From an uncultured Bacteroidota bacterium (lineage in GTDB: Bacteria; Bacteroidota; Bacteroidia; Bacteroidales; VadinHA17), in contig CAWJKD010000002.1 in NCBI GenBank assembly GCA_963843415.1, positions 322,400 through 386,399 of the forward strand: a stretch of DNA of 64,000 nucleotides, written 5' to 3'. The position numbers and the translations under genes are program-made. Positions 39,142 to 48,284 of the stretch are shown piece after piece. How positions within the stretch are numbered: the first letter of the stretch is position 1; every line of letters begins with the position of its first letter. A model generated the notes under the pieces. That model had not been told where the DNA came from. It worked only from the letters and a program-made list of their open reading frames with translations, and searched no databases.

Positions 39142-39450
39142 CCATTTTGATGTGCAGTGAAGCTCGAATCCCAGGGATTTAATAATTTCAATATATTCTG
39201 ATGAGACAGGAATATCTCTGAGATCAGGAACTAATATTCCTGACTTCTCCCTGCGATTTACAGCCCTTTCTGAAAGAAGGTCCGTTGGTAAATAATTCCC
39301 GGTCTGATTTTCTCCTTTATCAGCGAAATAAACTCTGTAAAAATAACTGAAGGGTATCTCCTGTCCGCTAAGGTCAAAATCTGTCAGTATGAGTAACAGG
39401 GCAAGAATTATTTTTACCCTCTCTCTTCCTTAGAGGATCAATGATGTTCA

Positions 39451-40239
39451 TTATTTTATCTCCCCTGTTTTTTCAGGATCGGGAATTCTTCCCTGGTTCT
39501 TTTCGAGCCTCTCCATCAGGTCGCTGGCATCAATATCCATCTGGCGATCTTTTGTTTTCCCCATAATATAATCCATTTTATATCTGAGAGTTCCGTCTTC
39601 ATTATATATGAGCCATGTCCCATCGCGGAGGTTATTTTTATAGTTTCCCGAGATCTCGATCCGGCCATTTTCATACCACACTTCAAATTTGCCGGTCAGA
39701 AGGTCTCCGGAATAATTTGATTTAAGAGAAATCTTTCCGCCGGGGTAGAATTGAAGCCATTCCCCTTCTTTCCTGTCGTTGATGTAAATTGTTTTCTCTG
39801 CCACAGTGGTATCGGGAAAGAATTTCAGGGATGGACCGTTTCTCTTGTTTTTCAGGTATGATTCTTCATTGATAAGGTATCCTTCAAAAAAAGAAGAGAA
39901 GAATTTCCATTCTCCTTCTTTGAGCTGGTCGATATATTTTCCGCTTGCCGCGATGAAACCGTTTGGATGGTATAATGTTGCATCAGCCTGTTTCCCGTCG
40001 TCACTGTAAATGAGGACTGAACTAAATTTTTTATTCTCATAGTATCTTTTAAACTCTCCTACAGGATGATCATCTTTAAACACTCCTTCGTATTGGATAT
40101 TGCCGTCAGGATAATTTTTGATCCAAGGTCCCTGTCTCCGTCCCTGCTGATCGGTTTTATTAATGACTGGAGCGTTCTGCCCCGACAACAGGACAGAAAC
40201 GGTTAACAGTATTATTGTGTCAAGTATTTTCCGGTTCAT
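39451..40239 (-). CDS. MORN-variant repeat protein (YwqK-like), exported
   Basis: The ATG at 40239 gives MNRKILDTIILLTVSVLLSGQN, a signal peptide. It has repeated G.W..YY.NG....G.Y.....G.W units, for example GPWIKNYPDGNIQYEGVFKDDHPVGEFKRYY. The ORF-track start at 40266 is a TTG. Confidence 0.7.
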   Translation of the reverse strand: MNRKILDTIILLTVSVLLSGQNAPVINKTDQQGRRQGPWIKNYPDGNIQYEGVFKDDHPVGEFKRYYENKKFSSVLIYSDDGKQADATLYHPNGFIAASGKYIDQLKEGEWKFFSSFFEGYLINEESYLKNKRNGPSLKFFPDTTVAEKTIYINDRKEGEWLQFYPGGKISLKSNYSGDLLTGKFEVWYENGRIEISGNYKNNLRDGTWLIYNEDGTLRYKMDYIMGKTKDRQMDIDASDLMERLEKNQGRIPDPEKTGEIK

Positions 40240-40283
40240 ATGCAGGAAACGCAAAATATTCCACAAAATTACAAATTATAATT

Positions 40284-40358
40284 GTAAGGGCGTTGCATGC
40301 AACACCCAAACCGTGTTAGCCCATAACCAAGTAAGGGCGTTGCACGCAACGCCCCTAC
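40284..40358. repeat. Two direct copies of a GC-rich palindromic REP-like element
   Basis: GTAAGGGCGTTGCATGCAACACCC lies at 40284-40307 and GTAAGGGCGTTGCACGCAACGCCCCTAC at 40331-40358. Each is a near-perfect palindrome around GGGCGTTGCA/TGCAACGCCC. Confidence 0.75.
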
Positions 40359-40377
40359 ATCGTATTATTAACCGACA

Positions 40378-40395
40378 CCCGGAATATCTCCCGGG
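40378..40395 (-). terminator. Hairpin immediately after the dnaK stop
   Basis: CCCGGGA-GATAT-TCCCGGG on the dnaK strand starts 3 nt after the stop codon. The following T-tract is weak. Confidence 0.45.
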
Positions 40396-40397
40396 TA

Positions 40398-42323
40398 TTA
40401 TTTCACCTCTTCGAAGTCGACATCAGTCACCTCGTCGCTTCCTGATTTTGTACCTTTTCCGCTATTCTGATCAGGACCTGGCTGTTCAGGACCGGGTTGT
40501 GATGCACTCTGACCGGAAGCCTGTGCCGTCTTGTACATCTCTTCAGACGCGGTCTGCCATACGGCATTCAGATCGGCGAGTGCTTTGTCAATTGCAGCGA
40601 CGTCCTGGCTTTTATGAGCTTCCTTAAGGCTGGCAAGAGAGCTTTCAATTGCAGATTTTTTATCAGCAGGGATCTTATCCCCAAACTCTTTGAGTTGTTT
40701 TTCGGTAGTAAAGATCATGCTGTCAGCGGTATTTACCTTATCGACTTTTTCCCGTGCTTTTCTGTCGGTTTCCTCATTGGCTTTAGCCTCATCGCGCATT
40801 CTGCGTATTTCATCGTCACTCAGACCAGAAGATGCTTCAATCCTGATCCTCTGCTCTTTACCTGTGCCACGGTCTTTTGCAGCCACATGCAGGATCCCGT
40901 TAGCATCAATATCGAATGTTACTTCGATCTGCGGAATTCCTCTTGGGGCAGGCGGGATACCGTCGAGATGGAAACGTCCGATCGTTTTGTTTCCGACAGC
41001 TATAGGTCTTTCACCCTGCAGAACATGTATCTCAACAGAAGGCTGGCTGTCTGCAGCAGTTGTAAACACTTCTGTTTTTTTAGTCGGGATTGTAGTGTTC
41101 GATTCTATAAGCTTAGTCATAACGCCACCCATAGTTTCAATACCTAACGAAAGCGGAGTTACATCAAGCAGAAGCACATCCTTAACTTCACCTGTAAGCA
41201 CACCACCCTGGATAGCTGCTCCAACGGCAACAACCTCATCGGGATTCACCCCCTTTGAAGGAGTTTTACCAAAGAATTTTTCAACAAGCTGCTGTATTGC
41301 AGGTATTCGTGTTGATCCACCTACCAGCAATACTTCGTTAATCTCGGACACCTTGAATCCTGAATCATCGAGAGCTTTCTGGCAAGGTCCGAGACATGAC
41401 TGGAAGAGTTTATCACATATTTGCTCCAAGTGTGCGCGGGTCAGCGTTTTGACAAGATGCTTTGGAATACCATCTACCGGCATTATATATGGAAGATTGA
41501 TCTCAGTTGTTGTTGAGCTTGACAACTCGATCTTGGCTTTTTCGGCTGCCTCTTTAAGACGCTGAAGAGCCATGGGATCTTTTCTCAGGTCGATACCTTC
41601 CTCTTTCAGGAATTCCTCGGCCATCCAGTCAATTATAAGGTGATCGAAATCGTCTCCGCCAAGATGCGTGTCTCCGTTTGTCGATTTGACTTCAAATACA
41701 CCATCTCCAAGCTCGAGAATTGATATGTCAAATGTTCCTCCGCCAAGGTCAAATACAGCGATCTTCAGATCCTGTGATTTCTTATCCAGACCATAGGCAA
41801 GGGATGCTGCAGTCGGTTCATTAATGATTCTTTTTACATTCAGTCCGGCTATTTCACCAGCCTCCTTTGTTGCCTGACGCTGTGAATCGCTGAAATAAGC
41901 AGGCACTGTTATAACGGCATCGGTAACTTCCTGACCAAGATAGTCTTCAGCTGTCTTTTTCATCTTCTGAAGTATCATTGCAGAGATCTCCTGAGGAGAG
42001 TACATCCTGTTATCGATTTGTACCCTGGGAGTGTTATTATCACCCTTGACTACCGTATAAGTTACTCTCTTTATTTCTTTGTTCAGTTTATCATATGTTT
42101 CACCCATGAACCTTTTGATAGAGTAAACAGTTTTTTTGGCATTGGTTATTGCCTGACGTTTGGCCGGATCTCCTACTTTTCTCTCCCCGTTTTCAACAAA
42201 TGCCACGATTGAAGGTGTAGTTCTTTTTCCTTCACTGTTTGGGATAACTACAGGCTCATTGCCTTCCATAACAGCAACACATGAGTTGGTTGTTCCCAGA
42301 TCTATACCGATTATTTTTCCCAT
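40398..42323 (-). CDS. dnaK: Molecular chaperone DnaK (Hsp70)
   Basis: 641 aa. It carries [26 protein letters not shown] and [12 protein letters not shown], and ends in EEVK. Confidence 0.98.
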   Translation of the reverse strand: MGKIIGIDLGTTNSCVAVMEGNEPVVIPNSEGKRTTPSIVAFVENGERKVGDPAKRQAITNAKKTVYSIKRFMGETYDKLNKEIKRVTYTVVKGDNNTPRVQIDNRMYSPQEISAMILQKMKKTAEDYLGQEVTDAVITVPAYFSDSQRQATKEAGEIAGLNVKRIINEPTAASLAYGLDKKSQDLKIAVFDLGGGTFDISILELGDGVFEVKSTNGDTHLGGDDFDHLIIDWMAEEFLKEEGIDLRKDPMALQRLKEAAEKAKIELSSSTTTEINLPYIMPVDGIPKHLVKTLTRAHLEQICDKLFQSCLGPCQKALDDSGFKVSEINEVLLVGGSTRIPAIQQLVEKFFGKTPSKGVNPDEVVAVGAAIQGGVLTGEVKDVLLLDVTPLSLGIETMGGVMTKLIESNTTIPTKKTEVFTTAADSQPSVEIHVLQGERPIAVGNKTIGRFHLDGIPPAPRGIPQIEVTFDIDANGILHVAAKDRGTGKEQRIRIEASSGLSDDEIRRMRDEAKANEETDRKAREKVDKVNTADSMIFTTEKQLKEFGDKIPADKKSAIESSLASLKEAHKSQDVAAIDKALADLNAVWQTASEEMYKTAQASGQSASQPGPEQPGPDQNSGKGTKSGSDEVTDVDFEEVK

Positions 42324-42444
42324 TTTATAATGTTTTTAAAATTTCAATTTGATATTATATTTCCGCAATGATTATGCCATTAGAGAAGAATGTGACAAAA
42401 CGACAGTAACTATATCCCAAACTGCCAATATTAAAAGAAATAAG

Positions 42445-42452
42445 TACCTTTG
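42445..42452 (+). promoter_or_regulatory. -7 promoter box TACCTTTG upstream of panB
   Basis: It matches TAnnTTTG and lies 27 nt upstream of the ATG at 42479. Confidence 0.45.
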
Positions 42453-42478
42453 TGACCTGATCAAGCAATAAGTGAATT

Positions 42479-43294
42479 ATGGAGATACATAAAATGGTAA
42501 GAAGGGTCACCACGCATGTCCTGAGTGAGATGAAGAATAAAGGCGAGAAAATCGCGATGCTCACAGCGTATGATTACTCAATAGCAAGGATCCTGGATGA
42601 AGCAGAAATTGATGTTATTCTTGTCGGTGATTCAGCATCGAACGTGATGGCCGGTTTTAACACTACACTGCCAATTACTCTGGATAATATGATTTATCAT
42701 GCAGCATCGGTGGTCAGGGGAGTAAAAAGAGCTCTCGTTGTTGTTGATCTGCCATTTGGTACTTACCAGGGTAATTCTAAAGAAGCACTGGCTTCGTCGA
42801 TCAGGATTATGAAGGAAACCGGAGCCGCTGCTGTTAAACTTGAAGGCGGTCAGCAGATTGTTGAATCTGTAGAGAGGATCCTGTCGGCAGGCATTCCGGT
42901 TATGGGGCATCTTGGTCTGACTCCGCAGGCTATTCATAAATTTGGTACTTATGTAGTGCGGGCGCAGGAAGAGGAAGAAGCAGAACGTCTTTTAGAAGAT
43001 GCTAAGCTGCTTGAGAAAACCGGATGTTTTGGAATAGTACTTGAAAAGATCCCCGCCAGACTGGCCGGGGAGGTAACAGCCAGTGTAAGGATACCGGTTA
43101 TTGGTATAGGTGCCGGCCCAAAGACAGATGGGCAGGTGCTTGTCCTCCACGACATGCTGGGTATCACGCAGGAATTTTCGCCAAGATTCCTCAGAAGATA
43201 TCATAACCTTCATGCAGAAATAAAAAGTGCGGTTCAGGCTTATATAAGTGACGTAAGAACTTCGCAGTTCCCAAATGAAAAGGAACAATATTAA
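42479..43294 (+). CDS. panB: 3-methyl-2-oxobutanoate hydroxymethyltransferase
   Basis: 271 aa. [33 protein letters not shown] and [10 protein letters not shown] are colinear with PanB. Confidence 0.93.
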   Translation: MEIHKMVRRVTTHVLSEMKNKGEKIAMLTAYDYSIARILDEAEIDVILVGDSASNVMAGFNTTLPITLDNMIYHAASVVRGVKRALVVVDLPFGTYQGNSKEALASSIRIMKETGAAAVKLEGGQQIVESVERILSAGIPVMGHLGLTPQAIHKFGTYVVRAQEEEEAERLLEDAKLLEKTGCFGIVLEKIPARLAGEVTASVRIPVIGIGAGPKTDGQVLVLHDMLGITQEFSPRFLRRYHNLHAEIKSAVQAYISDVRTSQFPNEKEQY

Positions 43295-43296
43295 TT

Positions 43297-43977
43297 ATGC
43301 CTGAGATACTCTACGAAGACAATCACATAATTGCTGTCAACAAAAGATCTTCCGATCTTTCGCAGGCTGATAAGACAGGCGACACCTCGCTTGATACAGA
43401 GGTAAAGCAATACCTTGCTCAAAAGTATAAAAAGCCCGGTGATGTTTTCCTGGGTATTGTTCACAGGCTGGACCGCCCGGTCAGCGGTGTGATCCTTTAT
43501 GCACGCACATCAAAAGCCCTGGCAAGACTGAATGAGATGTTCAGGAGCACTCAGGTTAAGAAGATCTACCTTGCGATAGTCAGGGAGAGACCTCCGGAGG
43601 ACGAGGCTACAATTACGCATTTTCTGAAAAAGAACGAGAAACAGAATAAGACCTTTGTTTATGATCATGAGGTGAAAGGTTCTAAAGAAGCCAGTTTGTC
43701 ATACCGGATTGCAGGCCGGTCAGACCGCTATTATCTGCTTGAGGTTGAGCTTCATTCGGGCCGGCATCACCAGATCAGGGCACAACTGGCAAAAATAGGT
43801 TGCCCGGTTAAGGGAGATCTGAAATATGGATTCGCACGATCAAATGAGGATGGCGGAATAAGCCTTATAGCCAGGCGGATCGAATTTATTCATCCGGTAA
43901 AGAAGGAAAATATTGTAATTACTGCGCCATTCCCGAAAGGAGATATCTGGGATGCATTTAAAAATTCTAATCTGTAA
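43297..43977 (+). CDS. RluA-family pseudouridine synthase
   Basis: 226 aa with HRLDRPVSGVILYARTSKA (catalytic Asp motif) and GRHHQIRAQLA. Confidence 0.88.
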   Translation: MPEILYEDNHIIAVNKRSSDLSQADKTGDTSLDTEVKQYLAQKYKKPGDVFLGIVHRLDRPVSGVILYARTSKALARLNEMFRSTQVKKIYLAIVRERPPEDEATITHFLKKNEKQNKTFVYDHEVKGSKEASLSYRIAGRSDRYYLLEVELHSGRHHQIRAQLAKIGCPVKGDLKYGFARSNEDGGISLIARRIEFIHPVKKENIVITAPFPKGDIWDAFKNSNL

Positions 43978-44071
43978 AGATCTGCGAAAATCAGAGAGAT
44001 CCGGGGGAAACAGTAAGTATTTTCCCGCAGATCGCGCAGATTAACACATATTTATAAGAAATTAAAAAAAA

Positions 44072-44096
44072 ATGAGCCGGGAAACCCCGGACTCAT
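44072..44096. terminator. Bidirectional rho-independent terminator
   Basis: ATGAGCCGGG-AAAC-CCCGGACTCAT is preceded by A9 and followed by TTTT. The T-run is longer on the minus strand. Confidence 0.6.
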
Positions 44097-44243
44097 TTTC
44101 AGGAATAAACATGAAAGCCTTTTCAGAATTCTGATACCAAAGTTACATCATACTATCTATAAGGGCGTTAATTTGAGGTTAATAAGAGTTAACGAAAAGT
44201 TAAAACATTTACAATATAGAGTGCTATAAGTTAATTTTGTGCT

Positions 44244-45863
44244 ATGAATAAGAAGAAATTCATAGTCCTCATACTGATGATGCTCTTTTCTCTTGTCGGT
44301 ATTATCTGGGTTCAGATAATATGGATAAGTAATGATGTACAGATACGGAACGAGAATTTTGATTATTACGCGAACGCAAGTATCCGGAATGCTGCCGTAG
44401 AGATCGAGACATCAAGAAAAATGAGTTTTTTCAATGATATGCTGTTCCCCGGGGTAAGTTCATTTCCTGATACAACATCAGGAATTTCGGGTTATATGAG
44501 TATGGGCAGCTATTCAACAGGAGGTGACGGGAATTTCAGTATTCGTATAACCAATCAGACTGTTACGCAAAATCCCGGAGAAGATCCGGTTGTTGTTACC
44601 CACGATACTATTTTTTCAACAGATTCAGGATCAGTCATAACGACCTCCCCGGATGATCCGGGTAAAATGGTCATCGTAAACGGGGGGGACAGTATGTTGA
44701 ATAATAACGGTGGAACATATGTTGATCAGAAGGAATTCCTTGAGCGGGTCAGAAAAAGGGGAGAAGAATTCCGTAATATGAGTGACCAGATGATCACTGA
44801 GGTCTATCAGTGGGAGAAAACGATGGATATTGACAAAAGAGAAATTGAGTTCGCTCTCAGACAATCACTTATGTATTCGAATATCCGGACGCCATTTGAA
44901 TTTGCAGTCTTAAAGAATGGGGTAGTGACAGATGGTACCTTCAAAAAAGCAGGCAGGAATGATTTCCTGAAAAGCAAATATATGGTCAGTCTCTTTGCTG
45001 ATAATATTATAAGACAGGATCTGATATTATCGGTGGTCTTCCCTGAACGGACCAATTATGTACTGGGGAAGATGGCGTGGATATTGGGAGGATCACTCCT
45101 GTTTTCGATAATAATACTTGCTACATTTGCATTGAGTCTCTTTTTCATCATCCGCCAAAAGAAGATTTCGGAGATGAAGTCCGATTTTATAAATAACATG
45201 ACTCATGAGTTCAAAACGCCAATTGCAACAATTTCACTTGCAGCTGATACGATAACTAATCCGAAGGTAATAAAAGATGAATCGAGTGTCAGACATTTTA
45301 TCAACATGATAAAAAAGGAAAACAGCAGGATGGACAAGAAGGTGGAAACTATTCTGCAGATTGCATATCTCGATAAAAATGAGATTCATTTTAAATTCGA
45401 AAATCTGTCATTGCATACAATTATTGAACGTGCTGTGGATACAATTGATATAATTGTAAAGCAGCGGAATGGGAAGATCACAATGAACCTTAATGCAGCG
45501 GAACCGGTTATTTACGGCGACAATGAACACCTGTTCAATCTGGTAAATAATCTGCTTGATAATGCGATCAAATATTCACCTGAATCGCCTGATATTACAA
45601 TCGGGACCAGAAATGAAAGAAACGGAATAATTTTGTATGTGAACGACAAGGGTATCGGTATGAGCAGGAGTGTTCAGGGAAAAATATTTGAACGTTTCTA
45701 CCGTCAGGCTTCAGGAAATGTGCATGATGTAAAAGGATTCGGACTGGGTCTTAATTATGTGCGTGCGATCGTTGAAGCTCACAAAGGAGATATTTCCGTA
45801 CAGAGCGAACCCGGTAAAGGAAGCCGGTTCGATGTATTTTTACCATTTAACTGTGAAAATTAA
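44244..45863 (+). CDS. Sensor histidine kinase (RprX-like) with a periplasmic loop between two TM helices
   Basis: 539 aa. H-box FINNMTHEFKTPIATISL; ATPase boxes LDNAIKYS, DKGIGMS and GFGLGLNYV. Confidence 0.88.
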   Translation: MNKKKFIVLILMMLFSLVGIIWVQIIWISNDVQIRNENFDYYANASIRNAAVEIETSRKMSFFNDMLFPGVSSFPDTTSGISGYMSMGSYSTGGDGNFSIRITNQTVTQNPGEDPVVVTHDTIFSTDSGSVITTSPDDPGKMVIVNGGDSMLNNNGGTYVDQKEFLERVRKRGEEFRNMSDQMITEVYQWEKTMDIDKREIEFALRQSLMYSNIRTPFEFAVLKNGVVTDGTFKKAGRNDFLKSKYMVSLFADNIIRQDLILSVVFPERTNYVLGKMAWILGGSLLFSIIILATFALSLFFIIRQKKISEMKSDFINNMTHEFKTPIATISLAADTITNPKVIKDESSVRHFINMIKKENSRMDKKVETILQIAYLDKNEIHFKFENLSLHTIIERAVDTIDIIVKQRNGKITMNLNAAEPVIYGDNEHLFNLVNNLLDNAIKYSPESPDITIGTRNERNGIILYVNDKGIGMSRSVQGKIFERFYRQASGNVHDVKGFGLGLNYVRAIVEAHKGDISVQSEPGKGSRFDVFLPFNCEN

Positions 45864-45865
45864 AA

Positions 45866-46561
45866 ATGAGTACAAAGCCTGTTAAGATATTTCTTGTTGA
45901 AGATGACCTGAGCTTCGGTTCGGTTCTGAAATCCTATCTCGAAATAAATGATTTCTCTGTCGATTGGGTTGATGACGGAAAATATGCTGTTGATCATTTC
46001 AGAAAAGGGATGTTCGATATCTGTATCCTTGATGTAATGCTCCCTCATGTTGATGGATTCACTATCGCAAATGAAATAAGACAGATCAATAATGTTGTCC
46101 CCATTATTTTTCTTACAGCAAAAAAGTTGAAAGATGATGTCCTGCACGGATATGGAGTTGGCGGTGACGACTATATAACAAAACCATTTGATACCGATAT
46201 CCTGCTGGCCAAGTTGCGTGCAATACTTGCCAGACGTGATTTTCAGGACGGTACAAGAGATATCTATGAGATCGGAAAATTCATTTTCAATTCAAAGCTC
46301 AGGACTCTTACGGCAGGTGATGTTGAGAAAAAGCTTTCACCAAAAGAAGCGCAGCTTCTCGAATTGCTTGCAATAAATCCCAATGCGCTTATCAGCAGGG
46401 AAATAGCTTTGAAGAAAATCTGGGGCAATGACGATTATTTTACTGCCCGCAGCATGGATGTTTATATAACGAAACTCAGAAAATTCCTTTCTGAGGATCC
46501 CAGGCTGAATATAAAAAATATTCACGGAGCAGGCTTCCAGCTGATTATCAGCGAGAGTTGA
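45866..46561 (+). CDS. OmpR/PhoB-family response regulator (RprY-like)
   Basis: 231 aa. The receiver domain carries KIFLVEDD and DICILDVMLP. The winged-helix C-terminus includes LSPKEAQLLELLA and VYITKLRKFL. Confidence 0.9.
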   Translation: MSTKPVKIFLVEDDLSFGSVLKSYLEINDFSVDWVDDGKYAVDHFRKGMFDICILDVMLPHVDGFTIANEIRQINNVVPIIFLTAKKLKDDVLHGYGVGGDDYITKPFDTDILLAKLRAILARRDFQDGTRDIYEIGKFIFNSKLRTLTAGDVEKKLSPKEAQLLELLAINPNALISREIALKKIWGNDDYFTARSMDVYITKLRKFLSEDPRLNIKNIHGAGFQLIISES

Positions 46562-47045
46562 CTTCAAGGTTGTTCCTGTTGAACTGAAGAGGCAGAAGAT
46601 CTCCTCCTTTTTCAATAACCTTTATTTTTGTTTTGCTGCTCAGGATTATCCTGATGCTGTTCCCATTCCTGAATTCTTCCTCGGCAATTACCTGACGGCA
46701 ATTACCGCATGGTGATACAGTTTCTTCCGTAAAACCTTTTTCTGTAGTTGCAGCAATTGCAATAGCTACAGGCTTGTCCTCAGGGTAATTTGATGAAGCA
46801 GCTGAGAGCGCGCTTCTTTCAGCGCAGATACCTGAAGGGAAAGCGGCATTTTCAACATTGGTCCCCAGTACAATTTTCCCGCTTTCAAGCCGGACTGCTG
46901 CTCCTACCTTAAAAAGAGAATAAGGGGCGTATGCATTATTTGCTGTCCCGCGTGCAGCCATAACAAGCTGGTTGTCCAACGGATCCATCTTTTCAGGATC
47001 ATCAAATTCTTTGTAAGTGAATGATATATTATTGGTTTTTATCAT
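46548..47045 (-). CDS. cdd: Cytidine deaminase
   Basis: 165 aa with zinc ligand motifs CAERSAL and PCGNCRQ. Confidence 0.9.
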   Translation of the reverse strand: MIKTNNISFTYKEFDDPEKMDPLDNQLVMAARGTANNAYAPYSLFKVGAAVRLESGKIVLGTNVENAAFPSGICAERSALSAASSNYPEDKPVAIAIAATTEKGFTEETVSPCGNCRQVIAEEEFRNGNSIRIILSSKTKIKVIEKGGDLLPLQFNRNNLEVNSR

Positions 47046-47069
47046 AACCCTCTTATTTGAGATAGTTTA

Positions 47070-47077
47070 CAAAGGTA
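47070..47077 (-). promoter_or_regulatory. -7 promoter box TACCTTTG for cdd
   Basis: The reverse complement of CAAAGGTA matches TAnnTTTG. It lies 25 nt upstream of the cdd ATG. Confidence 0.45.
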
Positions 47078-47204
47078 ATAAATAGTGTTAAAAGTGCCTA
47101 AGGTGCCTAAAGTGACCTGAATTGAGAATAAGTAACTCTAAGTACTTTAGTCACTCTAGGCACTTCTGACTCTTTTTATTATTTTTGTCCGAAACCGGAA
47201 AGTT

Positions 47205-48284
47205 ATGTCCCGTTCATTGTATCTGATTTTTCTGTTACTTCTTTTTATGGGTTTTACCTCCTGCAGGGTAAGCAGACCTGTGGCTGCATCATACCGGACG
47301 GCACCTGATCAGCAGGCATATATCAACAGATATAAAGATCTCGCAATAAGTGAGATGTACAGAACAGGTGTCCCTGCCAGCATAACCCTGGCTCAGGGTA
47401 TGATAGAATCGGATTTCGGGAGGAGCAGCCTTGCTGTCCAGGGCAACAATCATTTCGGTATCAAATGCCACAACGACTGGAGCGGACCAACGATTATCCA
47501 TCACGATGACAGGAGGAATGAATGTTTCAGAAAATATGCTAGAGTTGAAGACTCCTTTTCCGATCATTCCGATTTTCTAAGAACAGGATCAAGGTACAGC
47601 TCCCTTTTTGACCTGTCAGCTTCTGATTATAAAGGGTGGGCAAAAGGATTGAAAAAAGCAGGTTACGCTACAAATCCTGATTATGCAAATATGCTGATAA
47701 CAAAAATTGAGGAGAATAACCTTCAGTTCTTTGACAGACAATCCCCTGTGCAGGATGTTTCTGATGTTAAAGTTACTGCCACTGCACCGGTCAGAACCGA
47801 ACCCTTGAAAAACGGACCTGTTAAAACGGACCCCGTAAAGGAAGTACCGGTTAAGGTTGAGGAGGTAAATGAATCTCCGTTACAACCACAGCCTGTTATT
47901 AACGATAACTTCATTGTTTCAGCAACGGTATCAAGAGTGAAAGAGAATAACCGTATACAGTACATAATTGTTAAGGACGGTGAATCAATTGCGATGATTG
48001 AGAGGGAATTTCAGCTCCTGAAATGGGAACTTCAAAGGTATAATGAGCTTGGGGAGGATTTTACACCTGTTGCCGGCCAGATTCTCTATCTTCAACCAAA
48101 ACGGGACAAGGCTGAAGCAGGAAATGAATTACATACTGTCGTCGCCGGAGATACAATGTACTCAATATCTCAGAAGTACGGAGTCAAAAAGAAAAAATTA
48201 TACGAATATAACAAGATCCCGGAAGGTGCAGAGCCATCTCAGGGACAAAAGATCTGGCTTAGAACAATGCTCCCGGTTGACTGA
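47205..48284 (+). CDS. Glucosaminidase (FlgJ-like muramidase domain) protein with two C-terminal LysM domains
   Basis: 359 aa with a lipoprotein-like signal ending in GFTSC. The glucosaminidase block is ITLAQGMIESDFGRSSLAVQGNNHFGIKC. The LysM blocks are YIIVKDGESIAMIEREF and HTVVAGDTMYSISQKYG. Confidence 0.85.
   Translation: MSRSLYLIFLLLLFMGFTSCRVSRPVAASYRTAPDQQAYINRYKDLAISEMYRTGVPASITLAQGMIESDFGRSSLAVQGNNHFGIKCHNDWSGPTIIHHDDRRNECFRKYARVEDSFSDHSDFLRTGSRYSSLFDLSASDYKGWAKGLKKAGYATNPDYANMLITKIEENNLQFFDRQSPVQDVSDVKVTATAPVRTEPLKNGPVKTDPVKEVPVKVEEVNESPLQPQPVINDNFIVSATVSRVKENNRIQYIIVKDGESIAMIEREFQLLKWELQRYNELGEDFTPVAGQILYLQPKRDKAEAGNELHTVVAGDTMYSISQKYGVKKKKLYEYNKIPEGAEPSQGQKIWLRTMLPVD

Noticed and set aside
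40163-40627. A 154-aa plus-strand ORF spanning the MORN gene start, the REP elements and the dnaK 3' end.
   Set aside because: It reads straight through palindromic repeats (…KGVACNTQ…RALHATPLH…) and through two real genes on the other strand. It is an artefact.
40690-41565. A 291-aa plus-strand ORF, together with the 177-aa ORF at 40614-41147.
   Set aside because: Both lie entirely antisense to the highly conserved dnaK gene. The translations are low-complexity (Ser/Ile/Pro-rich) with no recognisable motifs. This is the typical shadow ORF of a strongly biased coding strand.
44138-44145. An orphan minus-strand TAACTTTG box. Together with the strong minus-strand terminator at 44072-44096, it could define a ~70-nt sRNA.
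   Set aside because: No TTTG -33 element lies upstream, no conservation evidence is available, and the box may be a chance match in AT-rich DNA. It is worth a look only if RNA-seq exists.
45860-46147. A 95-aa minus-strand ORF.
   Set aside because: It is antisense to the response regulator receiver domain and shows no motifs.
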